From assembly GCA_026396385.1 (NCBI GenBank), contig JAPLWV010000026.1:1-55717 (forward strand): DNA of 55,717 nt, written 5' to 3'. The position numbers were made by a program, and so were the translations under genes. Shown in pieces: positions 26,259 to 35,726 of this stretch (the stretch's first letter is position 1; each line of letters opens with the position of its first letter). The stretch is from Candidatus Micrarchaeota archaeon (lineage in GTDB: Archaea > Micrarchaeota > Micrarchaeia > Burarchaeales > Fermentimicrarchaeaceae). The notes under the pieces are model-generated. The model did no database searches. It saw only the letters and a program-made list of their open reading frames with translations, and was not told the DNA's origin.

Positions 26259-26651
26259 TCACTTCTTCTCTTCCTTTGGCTTTGGCGGGAACAACTCCTC
26301 GAGCTTCTTCTCGCCTGCTTCAACAATCACTGTGTTAAGCTGGACTATCTGGTCTGTGACTAGGTTGCCCCTCACGCTCTTCTTCCTTCTCTCCCCCTTC
26401 CTCTTCGCCCTGAAGCCAACGCCAGTAGAGAGCAGCAGCCTTGCCTTTCTTGCCCCTCTCAAATCGCTCCTCATGGGGAGGCCATCCTTGTCGCTTCCTC
26501 CGGTTATCTTCAGCTTGTAGCCTGCTGCGCCAACAGCTCCTCCGTCAAGCGGGTCTCCAAGCTTCAAGCCAACAAGGGAAGCTTCCTTATCCTTCGTTAT
26601 ATCCGTCTGGTAGCTCTTTCCTGTTTTCGGGTCTGAAATGACAACTTTCAT
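26259..26651 (-). CDS. rps6e: 30S ribosomal protein S6e
   Basis: KITGGSDKDG.PM, GERRKKSVRGN. Confidence 0.95.
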   Translation of the reverse strand: MKVVISDPKTGKSYQTDITKDKEASLVGLKLGDPLDGGAVGAAGYKLKITGGSDKDGLPMRSDLRGARKARLLLSTGVGFRAKRKGERRKKSVRGNLVTDQIVQLNTVIVEAGEKKLEELFPPKPKEEKK

Positions 26652-26737
26652 CGTTATACCTCCTCTTTAGTATGTCTAAAATTTGGGATATGAATATCGT
26701 TATTAATCTTTATAATCCTGTCGTCTTTGTTCACATG

Positions 26738-28515
26738 TCAACCGTGTGAGGATGCCGCAAACGTATCACCTAAAATGCCTCGTATCCTGCCAAGCAGCTC
26801 AATCTCAGTTGGGCTGAGGAACTCCCTGTACTTGCTCAGTAGCAGCTTGGCATGTGCCCTTGGGACATTGGAATACAGTACATCTCCCTCATTCACCTGC
26901 CTTCCGAAAGTGGGCTCACTCATTGAGATTGCAACCTGCATTCCCTCCTTTGCTTCTGCTATGCTCTCCTTCTCGCTCTGTATTGCCTTTATTTTCCCCA
27001 CAGCCACTCCTTTCTCATTTATCAGCTCATACTCCGGCTTTATTCTTCCAGCAGTTATATCCACTCCGAATATTGCGGGGTGGGAAGTCCTGAAGCAGCA
27101 GCCGGCCATAACCTTCAGCCTGGCGGGCAGTGTCAGTGAGGAGAAAGCCTGGCTGCGCTCCGATTCCCTTTCCTTCTCAACCCACTTCTTGTAGTTGTCG
27201 AGCAACGCGTATATTATCCCCTCTTTCATTATTGTTATCCCAGTCCTCCTGGACTCCTCCTCTGCATCCTCAAGAACATCAACGTTGAATGAGAGAACTA
27301 CACCGTAATACCTGTTCTGGTTCCTTATCCCTGATGCATCAACAACATCCTTCTTCACAACAGCGCCTATGCCTGCCTTGCTAACGGGCACCTTCTCATC
27401 CTTCAGAAGCTTCGTTATCGCTTCAAGAGAGCCCAGCGTATCAGCTTTCAGTATAACTCCTTCCTCACCCTTCTCGATGAGTACTGCTTTTATCTCCTTG
27501 TCTACTTCTGCCTTCAGCTTCCTCTCATCAGACTTGCCTGCAACGAATATGGGTGAGCCTGCAATTGCATCCTCCAAGCCAGGAGCTGCTATTTTCACTC
27601 CAGCGGCAGCATGCACTTCCTCCACATTCAGGAATTTCTCCTTTGGATCTCTCATCTCATCAAGCGGCTTGGGTCTTAGTAACGCTCTGACCTTCGTAGT
27701 CCTTGCTCCATTGATAGTTCCGAACACTATCGTGTCTCCTCTCCTGATTACGCCATCGTAGAATATTGCATCAACAGTCTTCCCAAGCCCTGTCTCATCC
27801 TTCACTTCCAGTATGCTCCCCCTTCCCTCCCCCTTCACCTTAAGATGCAGCCTGGTCTTGAGGAACCTCTGGGATAAACCCGCTATGAACATGAGCAGCT
27901 CGTTCACCCCTTCGCCCGTCTTTGCGCTTATGGGTATTATTGCGATCTGTTTTGTGAAATCTGAAATCCTGTCAAACCTCTCTGACTGGAAGCCCAGCTC
28001 GCTTAATCTTCCTACAAACTGGTAAGCTTCTTCTCAAGTTCCTGTTGCGCATGCGGCGGCTGGGAGTTGAAGGATTGCATAAATGTTGAGTCGGGATGAG
28101 AAACCCAGCCGTCTACCAAATCTATCTTGTTCATTGCAATTACAAAAGGAGTCTTGTAATCCCTCAGAATCTCAATTGTCTCAAGTGTCTGGGGCTCAAA
28201 CCCTTTCGTGATGTCCAGTACGAGCACAGCCATGTCTGAGATGCTGCCTCCTCTCTCTCTCAGGTTTGTGAATGCCTCGTGGCCTGGCGTGTCTATGAAG
28301 AGCAGGCCGGGTATCTCCAGCTTTGTCTGCATGAGGGCCATCATCGCGCTGCAGGCTTTGACTATCACCTCTGTCGGCACCTCGCTTGCCCCTATGTGCT
28401 GCGTTATGCTCCCCTTCTCTCTCTTTGCAACAGAAGTCTTCCTTATCTTGTCTAGCAGGGAAGTCTTCCCGTGGTCTACATGACCCATCACCACTACAAT
28501 AGGCTGCCTTATCAT
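26738..28515 (-). CDS. infB: Translation initiation factor aIF5B/IF-2, frameshifted at ~28024
   Basis: [28 protein letters not shown]; continues after a 1-nt shift as [19 protein letters not shown]...ISAKTGEG...[10 protein letters not shown]. Confidence 0.93.
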
Positions 28516-28616
28516 ATCAAACACCAGAACAAGCCTAGAGAGACTGGCAAATTGAATTGCTCTTATTATGCTGGATAAGATATTTAACGCTTTTTCTAAG
28601 TTGGGTGTAATGCTTT

Positions 28617-29333
28617 TTAGCGGGCCGGTATGCTTCCCCTCATTATCTCCCTCAGCTTGCGCGACTCTTCCTTCGGATTTGCTGAATCGAGTATGCCTCT
28701 CCCAACAATTGCGAAGTTGGAACCTGCTCTGAATGCTTTTCCAGCATCCCCTCCCTGTGCTCCTATGCCTGGTGACAGAATCAGGATATCCTCTCCTATC
28801 AGCTTCCTCACCATTGAGAGCAGATCGTACTGATTTCCAGGTGCTATCACACCTGCAACATCCAGCTTCTTGGCAATCTGCGCAATCTCCTCAGTTACCT
28901 CTTTCTTGAATAGATGGCCCGGGCTTGTCATCGCAGTAAGCAGGAAAACCCCCTTTCCCATCTTGTTGGCGGAACTGACAACTGCCTCAACAGCCTTCTC
29001 ACCCTGGAAGCCATGGCAGATTATGGCATCATACCCTTTCGTGAAGTAGTATTCCGCCTTCATTGCATTGCTCTTCTCTATATCAGCAATCTTGGCGTCA
29101 AGTATCACTGGGACTCCATCGCCAGCCCTCTTCAATGCACCTATGGCGTTTTCATGGGAGAACCCCCATATATCGGCATATTCGGGGTGCACCTTCACAG
29201 CCGCAATGTTCTTTGCCGACTCCGAGAGCACTCTTTGCGCTTTCTTCCAGTCAGCAGTATCCACTGCCAGTATCAGGGTTGAGTCCCTGCTCATTGCGTT
29301 CTGCAAGAATACTTTTCGATATTCGGCCTGCAT
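28617..29333 (-). CDS. pyrF: Orotidine 5'-phosphate decarboxylase
   Basis: [34 protein letters not shown]. Confidence 0.93.
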   Translation of the reverse strand: MQAEYRKVFLQNAMSRDSTLILAVDTADWKKAQRVLSESAKNIAAVKVHPEYADIWGFSHENAIGALKRAGDGVPVILDAKIADIEKSNAMKAEYYFTKGYDAIICHGFQGEKAVEAVVSSANKMGKGVFLLTAMTSPGHLFKKEVTEEIAQIAKKLDVAGVIAPGNQYDLLSMVRKLIGEDILILSPGIGAQGGDAGKAFRAGSNFAIVGRGILDSANPKEESRKLREIMRGSIPAR

Positions 29334-29378
29334 AAGATACCCCCATAGGATTAGGCGATTGCCTAATAAATACTTACG

Positions 29379-29548
29379 GTGGCATACTCCACTTATGAAT
29401 AAGTGTGGGCTTCCTGCTTCACAGACGTTGCTTCTGCAACATCTCTCTCCTTTATGGAATTGCAGGCGTTACTTCCCCCTTGCCCAGGGGTAGCTCTTAT
29501 GAGTATATTATGTGCAGAATTCAAATCTCTATCTGTTGATAAGCCACA
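29379..29548 (-). mobile_element. IS200/IS605-family tnpB 3' remnant with right end / omega-RNA scaffold
   Basis: Reads CGLSTDRDLNSAHNILIRAT..GSNAC..KQEAH*; ends GAAGCCCACACTTATTCATAAGTGGAGTATGCCAC (terminal hairpin + TCAC-like end). Confidence 0.8.
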
Positions 29549-29813
29549 GCAGCATGATGAGGAGCCCAAGCAGGAAGACACAGTAATGGCTGGCTATAAG
29601 ACCCACTCGCTCGCTGTTATCCTTGATTTCGCGGTAGACGAAAAGGGTCGGCAGAAGCCATATGGTAAGGACAAGTGCTGCAACCAGCAGGGGGCCTCCA
29701 GTCCCTATGAATGTGAGTATTTCAAGGCAGAGGAAAAGGACTACCAAACCGATGACAAGTCCCTTAGCAAAACCATTTTTGAATTTATCATGGTTGAGCT
29801 TTATGATTTTCAT
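29529..29813 (-). CDS. Small 3-TM membrane protein; 3' end overlaps the tnpB remnant
   Basis: Three hydrophobic segments; follows scpB; last codons and stop lie in TnpB-derived sequence. Confidence 0.65.
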   Translation of the reverse strand: MKIIKLNHDKFKNGFAKGLVIGLVVLFLCLEILTFIGTGGPLLVAALVLTIWLLPTLFVYREIKDNSERVGLIASHYCVFLLGLLIMLLWLINR

Positions 29814-29820
29814 GCGACCA

Positions 29821-30411
29821 CTACACGGTGAAATACTCCTTGAACTTCTTCGTTGTCCTCAGCAGCTTCGTCCTACCCTGCTTCTCGGCAGTGATGAACT
29901 CTTTCTCCACAAGCTCCTTCACATGGTCGTATACTGCTGAGCCGACCATCTTGGCAAGCTTGGACTGGGCAATCCCGTCATTTTTCGCAATTACTGCAAG
30001 ATTCTTTATTGCGCCTTTTGATAACTCTGCCTCCTTTGCCAGATTGGACACCTTCCTCTCATACTCAAGCTTGAGGCGCATTATATATCCTCCATCCTCG
30101 AAAGATATCACGATTGCACTGCCCCTCGCCTCGTACTCCTGCTGCAGCTCCTTCAGCTTCTCCTGCACTATCTTCCAGGAGTTGACTCCTGCAAGCTTTG
30201 AAAGCGTCCTCACGGTCATGGGGGAGGTGCTCATGAAAAGCGCAGCCTCAATAATGCTCTTCGCATCAAGCGTCTCTTCGGGCTTCCGAGCCTGTTCCTG
30301 TGGTCTCTCCCCTGCAGGCCGCCCTTCTACCTCCTCCTCAAGCATCTGCTCGAACTTCTCCTCTTCAATTTTCCCCATTCCGGTTTTATCCTGCGGCGTT
30401 CCCTCTTCCAT
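29821..30411 (-). CDS. scpB: SMC-Scp complex subunit ScpB
   Basis: IEAALF, ELSKGAIKNLAVIA, HVKEL...I, TTKKFKEYF. Confidence 0.9.
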   Translation of the reverse strand: MEEGTPQDKTGMGKIEEEKFEQMLEEEVEGRPAGERPQEQARKPEETLDAKSIIEAALFMSTSPMTVRTLSKLAGVNSWKIVQEKLKELQQEYEARGSAIVISFEDGGYIMRLKLEYERKVSNLAKEAELSKGAIKNLAVIAKNDGIAQSKLAKMVGSAVYDHVKELVEKEFITAEKQGRTKLLRTTKKFKEYFTV

Positions 30412-30445
30412 GCTTAGTCCCTTGTTCTCTAGTTAATATTAATCT

Positions 30446-31201
30446 TTACTGCAGCTTTGTTTTTCCTTCTTCTTTAAAGGCAGTATTCTCAAGCCGAAGC
30501 TTTGAATTTTGCAACTCCTTTTGCATGTTCATCACCGGAAGTTGAATAAAAATCTCGCCAAAGAACTTCTCCTGAAAGACGGAGAGCTTCCCATCTTGGG
30601 CAAGGTGCAGCAGTGGAATGAGCGTGTATATGATCTCCTTCCTGCTCCTCTCCTTCAGCAGGGATGAAAAGGTCGCAAGCCCGCTGGCATCTGCTGTTTT
30701 CTTCACTCTTGCGAAAACCTCATTCATCTGCCTGGTGATATTGTATTTCGGTATGTCTATCACCATGTTCTCCCTTATCACCGGCTTCTCCTGCCTTCTC
30801 TTCTGCTCCTCAAAAACCTCTTCAAGAGCTGTCATGAGCTCGTTCAGCGTCACCTTCCTCTTCCTCGGTATCCTCGTCCTCAGGGATAGCATGGGTATCT
30901 CGACAGGCGCCTGCGTCTCGTCAATGAAGGTCTGCTGCTCCACGACCTGCTCCTCCTCTTCAAACCTGAGGGCATCGCTCTTGAAGCGCAGGAGGATTGA
31001 TGCGGCAAGGATGAGGTTTGCCGGCACGCGCAGGTCCAGCTTCTGCAGCTTCCTCACCCTCTCCAGATATTTTGAGGTAATGTCAACAAGGTCTATGTTC
31101 CAGGGGTCCAGCTTCTCGCTCACCACAAGGTCAAACAGCATCTCCCTCCAGGTGGGCTGGGCGACAAGCTGCTCCAGATTTATTCCTTCTTTCTGTTCCA
31201 T
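30446..31201 (-). CDS. scpA: Kleisin ScpA
   Basis: LDPWNIDLVDIT.KYL, ILAASILLRFKS, VTLNELM.AL, PLLHLAQ; start ATG 31201. Confidence 0.92.
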   Translation of the reverse strand: MEQKEGINLEQLVAQPTWREMLFDLVVSEKLDPWNIDLVDITSKYLERVRKLQKLDLRVPANLILAASILLRFKSDALRFEEEEQVVEQQTFIDETQAPVEIPMLSLRTRIPRKRKVTLNELMTALEEVFEEQKRRQEKPVIRENMVIDIPKYNITRQMNEVFARVKKTADASGLATFSSLLKERSRKEIIYTLIPLLHLAQDGKLSVFQEKFFGEIFIQLPVMNMQKELQNSKLRLENTAFKEEGKTKLQ

Positions 31202-31295
31202 CGCAATGATTTCACTCTGGAACAATATTAACCTTTCCAGCCGGCACATCTCGCGTGAAAAACATCAACGGCATTTCCCTCTTCCGAGCGCTTGC

Positions 31296-31320
31296 TTTAA
31301 ATATCTGGAATGAGCTATTC
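31296..31320 (+). promoter_or_regulatory. Motif B promoter (variant)
   Basis: TTTAAATATCTGGAATGAGCTATTC, then SD GGTGGTG. Confidence 0.7.
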
Positions 31321-31335
31321 TAGAGGGTGGTGCCT

Positions 31336-31821
31336 ATGGCAGCGGGCCAAGGAGGAAGTGCAGTAGCACTAGCGCGAAAACCAATGCTGGATGATATTGA
31401 GCTTGAACTGACGAAGGATAAGAGTTGGGCAGGAAGACAAACAGTTGACGACGAAACTAGACACGTATCCGTACATTTCAAGGAAGGTGGAACAATAACC
31501 TGGTGTTCAAGACTTACGTGTTCAATTGATGATAAGGAACTATCAGATGTCAGCTTAAACTTCAAACAGGATGGAAAGCTGAATCGAATCGAACACGTTA
31601 TTCTGGATCGAGATAGGTTATGGAGTGCTAACATTGAAGAGTTAGAAAGAAAAATGAGGGAATTTTTGGATACCCTACCAGTAAAGGAATGGCTGAAGGA
31701 GAGGAATAAAACAAATGGAATAGATGTTGCAAAGGAAAAGGAAAGGAAGGGTGAACAAGAACGATTTAGAAAGCTGATGGAAGAACTTGGACCAAACGGG
31801 AGACGGCGGCTAGTTCATTGA
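31336..31821 (+). CDS. Hypothetical protein, paralog of 12855-13289
   Basis: Pairwise similarity seen by eye; orphan lying between trm5 and scpA. Confidence 0.8.
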   Translation: MAAGQGGSAVALARKPMLDDIELELTKDKSWAGRQTVDDETRHVSVHFKEGGTITWCSRLTCSIDDKELSDVSLNFKQDGKLNRIEHVILDRDRLWSANIEELERKMREFLDTLPVKEWLKERNKTNGIDVAKEKERKGEQERFRKLMEELGPNGRRRLVH

Positions 31822-31851
31822 ATCCGATTTCATCCCTGCCGTTCGCAAGGG

Positions 31852-32871
31852 TCATTTCACTCTAAAATCAAGCACCACTTGCACAACTCCGGGAGCGAAA
31901 GGCCTCACAACTCTTTTCGCAATTACCTCTGCCTTTCTCCCGCTTATCATCGCTTCCTTTGTGATAAACCTCTCGGTATCCTCAAAAGGGTTCTGCTCGC
32001 TAGCAAACTGGTAGAAGTGGATTATGCAGTTCTTCCTGGCTGCAAGGAAAGCTTCTCCAAGGAATTTCTCGGCTCCTTTCGGGAGAGGCATTAGAATCCT
32101 GTCCGCAGAATTCACAAACCTTTTTGGAATGATGTCCTTGACATCTCCGAGTATGGGAATTATTGCTTCCTGCATCCTATTCAGCCTTATGTTCTCCTCC
32201 ATGTATTTGAATGCATCTGGATTGAGCTCAACTGCATGAATCTTCACCTGGGGCTGCATCTTCACAATGACTATAGGGAAGGGTCCTACACCTGCGAAAA
32301 GCGCAAGTATACGTTCGCCGGGCTTCACCTGCTCTGCTATTCTTTTCCTCTCAAAAGACAGCCTAGGGGTGAAGTATACTTTTGTCACATCAAGCCTGAA
32401 CCTGCAGTTGTTTTCTTTATATTCCGTGACTGTCTTCCTCTCCCCCGCAAGGAACTTCAGCTTCCTCGTCCTGTACACTCCTTCCATGGGCCCGAGCTTC
32501 TTGAAGACTGATTTAACATTCCTGTGGACGCTGAGCAATGAAGCTGCAATGAGCTTCTCCTTCTTCTCAAGCTTCTTGGGAATTTCAACTATCGCGATGT
32601 CTCCGATTACATCGAAGGATTTCACAATCAAGCCGAACTCTTCTGGTGTAAGTTTACTTCTCAAGCTATCCTCAAGAGAAAAGACCCCGGGGGCTCTTTC
32701 CTTAAGCTTCTTTTCAACAAGCTTGAAATTCCTGAATTGACCTTTTACTGGGAAGTAAATGCCATCATCCTCAGCTTTGGGGGCGTAGTTATTGTCAAGA
32801 AGATTCAGAGAGATGAGCTCCCTTCTGATGTGCTCCGCTTCATTTCTATTAACTTCTATGCACTTAGTCAT
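31852..32871 (-). CDS. trm5: tRNA (guanine37-N1) methyltransferase, Trm5 family
   Basis: FDVIGDIAI, VYFTPRLSFER, FAGVGPF, ELNP, MPLP. Confidence 0.9.
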   Translation of the reverse strand: MTKCIEVNRNEAEHIRRELISLNLLDNNYAPKAEDDGIYFPVKGQFRNFKLVEKKLKERAPGVFSLEDSLRSKLTPEEFGLIVKSFDVIGDIAIVEIPKKLEKKEKLIAASLLSVHRNVKSVFKKLGPMEGVYRTRKLKFLAGERKTVTEYKENNCRFRLDVTKVYFTPRLSFERKRIAEQVKPGERILALFAGVGPFPIVIVKMQPQVKIHAVELNPDAFKYMEENIRLNRMQEAIIPILGDVKDIIPKRFVNSADRILMPLPKGAEKFLGEAFLAARKNCIIHFYQFASEQNPFEDTERFITKEAMISGRKAEVIAKRVVRPFAPGVVQVVLDFRVK

Positions 32872-32882
32872 TCGACCACGGA

Positions 32883-35696
32883 TTATTCAAAGAATATTGA
32901 AGGCTTCATTGGCTTTGCCTGCCTTGCTTTCTTTGCATGAGTTTCCTGAGCTTTCTCCTCAGGCATAATGTAAACATCGGCATTCAGCTCCCTTGATAGG
33001 AACTTCTTTGCCCCTTCAAGCGCTTCCATCTCCTGCCTCAGGGTCAGCACCAGTGGGGAGAGATAGTTGACGTTTTTGATTAGTTGCTGCAGAACCCTCT
33101 GCGTCTCATCTGGGTCGGCCCTCATCCTGTCATCCCTCATGGCTTCTTTCATGACAACATCAAATTTCTTCTCCTTGTATGCCATGGAGTAGAGCTTCCT
33201 CTTCCAGTCTGACGCACAGTATATGTAGATGCTCCTCGGCGTAGCCTTCCTTATCTTAACTATGTTCTCGATATCCTCCCTTGTATCCGAGATGAGCTCC
33301 TCTGAGAGGTCTGCAACTTTATCTATCTTCATCTCATCATGCCTGGGCCATTCTGCAATGGAAACGAATTCAGAATCCTTGACAAACTCCTTCTTTCCAA
33401 GCTTCTCCCACATCTCCTCAGAGAAGTGCGGCATAAAGGGAGCGAGCAGCAGTATGATGTATTCCAGGTACTCCCTGAGCACTTTGCGGTTCTTTCCATC
33501 TCTTCTAAGATACCACTTCAGCTCGTTCACTGCCCCGTAGAATGCATCCTGACCAATGTCGCGCAACTCCAGATTCCTATAGCGCTCTTCGGACAGCTTC
33601 ACTTTCTTGTGAATTGCCGACAGGAGCCATCTGTCAACGCTGTTGACCTCCGCAGGGAATTCGTTGCATCTCTCAACAAGCATGGCAATGGAGCCCATCC
33701 TTGAAGCTATGCCTTCTGCCATTGTAGGGTTGAAGTCGGCATCTTGGGATAGGTCTGCTCCAGAAACAACGGAGAAGCGCACGACATCTGTTCCGTACTT
33801 CTTTATAGCTTCCCTCAGTGGGAGTATGTTGCCCATGCTCTTGCTCATCTTTTTCCCTTCCATGAGCACGAAGCCGTTTGTAACTATCTGCTTGGGCCAG
33901 AGCTCCTGCGGGAAGATGGCAACGTGGTTGAAAAGTAAGAAGGTAAGATGATTATGAACAAGATCTCCCGCAGAATGCCTCGAATCAAGGGGGTACCAGT
34001 AGAGCAGCTCCTCCCTCATGTTGTTGAGTAGCTTCTCCTCAATGCCGGTTTTGGCAGAAAGCCCCTTTGCATCGCCTTTTCCCAGCATCACATAGTCGAA
34101 AAACTCTGGAGAGAGCTTCTCTGCATCAACATCTTTGAGATAGTGGGAAATTGTGTAGAACGCCATGTAGATTGTCGAATCAGAGAGGGATTCAATTATC
34201 TGGGTCCTGTCAAATGGGAAGGGAGTTCCGAGCCCGCTTGCCCTCACGCATGCCTTCTCCTTCAGCCAGTCTATCGTATATTCGTATTCAACTATAGTTT
34301 TTTTCGGTATTATGTTAACCTGTTTCAAACATTCTCTGACCCGCTCCTTCCATCCCTCATCTCCATAGTTGATGAACCACTGCCCTTCCACTCTCTTGAC
34401 AACGCAGAGGGTGCCGCATCTGCAGTATATCGGACCGTTTATTATATCATAGATGAGAAGCGCCTTTCCTTCTGCAAGCATATCCTGTTTTATCTTCTCC
34501 TTCGCAGTGAGTGCTTTCTCCCCTTTGTATTTTCCTACGATCATTCTTCCTCCATGCGCCTCTGCTCTGTAGAGCCCCTCAGTTGCCTGCTCTGCCTTTT
34601 TGTCTTGCTGGTTTGCAACGCCCATTCTTTCTGAAATCTCTTTAGCAGGGTATTTTCCATATCCAGCAAGCTCTATTACCTGAATTAGCCTATCGGAATA
34701 ATTCTCAAAAGAGGTTCCCTTCAAATCGCGGAGGGCGAGAAAATCATAGGGAGCATGGGCCGGCACGCTCATCACAACCCCTGAGCCGTTCTTTGGGTCT
34801 ACGAAATCGGCAGGAAGGATGGGAATTTCCTCTCCAGTCATGAGGTTTTTGCAGTTCTTTCCAATGAGCTCAACTGTGCGTATCTGCTCCTTCACCTCAA
34901 GCTTCATCTGGTGCTTCAGCTTCTCGGCTGCATCAGAGGATACAATGTAGCTCTCCCCATTGCTTTCAATCCTCATGTAGTTCACGGCAGGGTTCACCCA
35001 GATGTTTGTCACTCCGTATATTGTCTCAGGCCTGAATGTTGCAGTCAGTAGGTAGTAATTGCCAAATTTGAACTTTATGAGTACGTACTCGTCAATATTG
35101 GGGTCAACGTCCCCCTGGGTGTCATGGGAACCAACCGCATTGTTATCCTTCGGGCACCAGGGGACAGGATGGCTGCCCTGCTTCAGATAGCCCTTCTCAT
35201 TCAGCTTCAGGAACTGCCATTCAATGAATTTGTTGAATATTTTATCATATGTATAGAATTTCCTCCTCCAGTCTATGGAAAAACCCATCTCCCTCATGCC
35301 CAGCTCAATTTCCTTGCTGAAGTAGTCCACGAGCTTCTCAGGAGTTGTCAGCTGGGAGATGATGTGCTCGGGTATGTTGTAGATATTCTTGAAAATTTCG
35401 TATATCTCCTTGTCCCCCTCGGCTATTCTCTTCGCCATGGCAAGCACGGGTGTACCCGTCACATGGAAGCCCATTGGGAAGAGCACGTTGTAGCCCTTCA
35501 TCCTCATGAAGCGCGCATATACGTCTGTTGTGGTATACGTTCTGGCATGCCCTATGTGCTGGGGGCTGTTGGGGTAGGGAAAGGCAGCTGTAAGGAAGAA
35601 CTTCCTGCTCTCGCTCACATCCGGCTCGAAAGTCTTCGCGTCGGCCCATCTCTTCTGCCACTTCTCCTCAATTTCATGGGATTCCATAGGTATCAC
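32883..35696 (-). CDS. leuS: Leucyl-tRNA synthetase
   Basis: FPYPNSPQHIGH, ATFRPET, VMSVPAHAPYD, SLSDSTIY, KMSKS. Confidence 0.97.
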   Translation of the reverse strand: MIPMESHEIEEKWQKRWADAKTFEPDVSESRKFFLTAAFPYPNSPQHIGHARTYTTTDVYARFMRMKGYNVLFPMGFHVTGTPVLAMAKRIAEGDKEIYEIFKNIYNIPEHIISQLTTPEKLVDYFSKEIELGMREMGFSIDWRRKFYTYDKIFNKFIEWQFLKLNEKGYLKQGSHPVPWCPKDNNAVGSHDTQGDVDPNIDEYVLIKFKFGNYYLLTATFRPETIYGVTNIWVNPAVNYMRIESNGESYIVSSDAAEKLKHQMKLEVKEQIRTVELIGKNCKNLMTGEEIPILPADFVDPKNGSGVVMSVPAHAPYDFLALRDLKGTSFENYSDRLIQVIELAGYGKYPAKEISERMGVANQQDKKAEQATEGLYRAEAHGGRMIVGKYKGEKALTAKEKIKQDMLAEGKALLIYDIINGPIYCRCGTLCVVKRVEGQWFINYGDEGWKERVRECLKQVNIIPKKTIVEYEYTIDWLKEKACVRASGLGTPFPFDRTQIIESLSDSTIYMAFYTISHYLKDVDAEKLSPEFFDYVMLGKGDAKGLSAKTGIEEKLLNNMREELLYWYPLDSRHSAGDLVHNHLTFLLFNHVAIFPQELWPKQIVTNGFVLMEGKKMSKSMGNILPLREAIKKYGTDVVRFSVVSGADLSQDADFNPTMAEGIASRMGSIAMLVERCNEFPAEVNSVDRWLLSAIHKKVKLSEERYRNLELRDIGQDAFYGAVNELKWYLRRDGKNRKVLREYLEYIILLLAPFMPHFSEEMWEKLGKKEFVKDSEFVSIAEWPRHDEMKIDKVADLSEELISDTREDIENIVKIRKATPRSIYIYCASDWKRKLYSMAYKEKKFDVVMKEAMRDDRMRADPDETQRVLQQLIKNVNYLSPLVLTLRQEMEALEGAKKFLSRELNADVYIMPEEKAQETHAKKARQAKPMKPSIFFE

Positions 35697-35726
35697 ATAG
35701 TATTTGCAACCTGCATTTAAAACTAT

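Noticed and set aside
29403..29831. 142-aa plus-strand ORF
   Set aside because: Antisense to the membrane gene and the tnpB remnant; no motif support
12264..31821. Basic C-terminal tails (KKLKIQH, RRRLVH, RRMKKG) as a C-terminal secretion signal
   Set aside because: Not shared by all motif-B proteins, and basic tails are also common in core genes here
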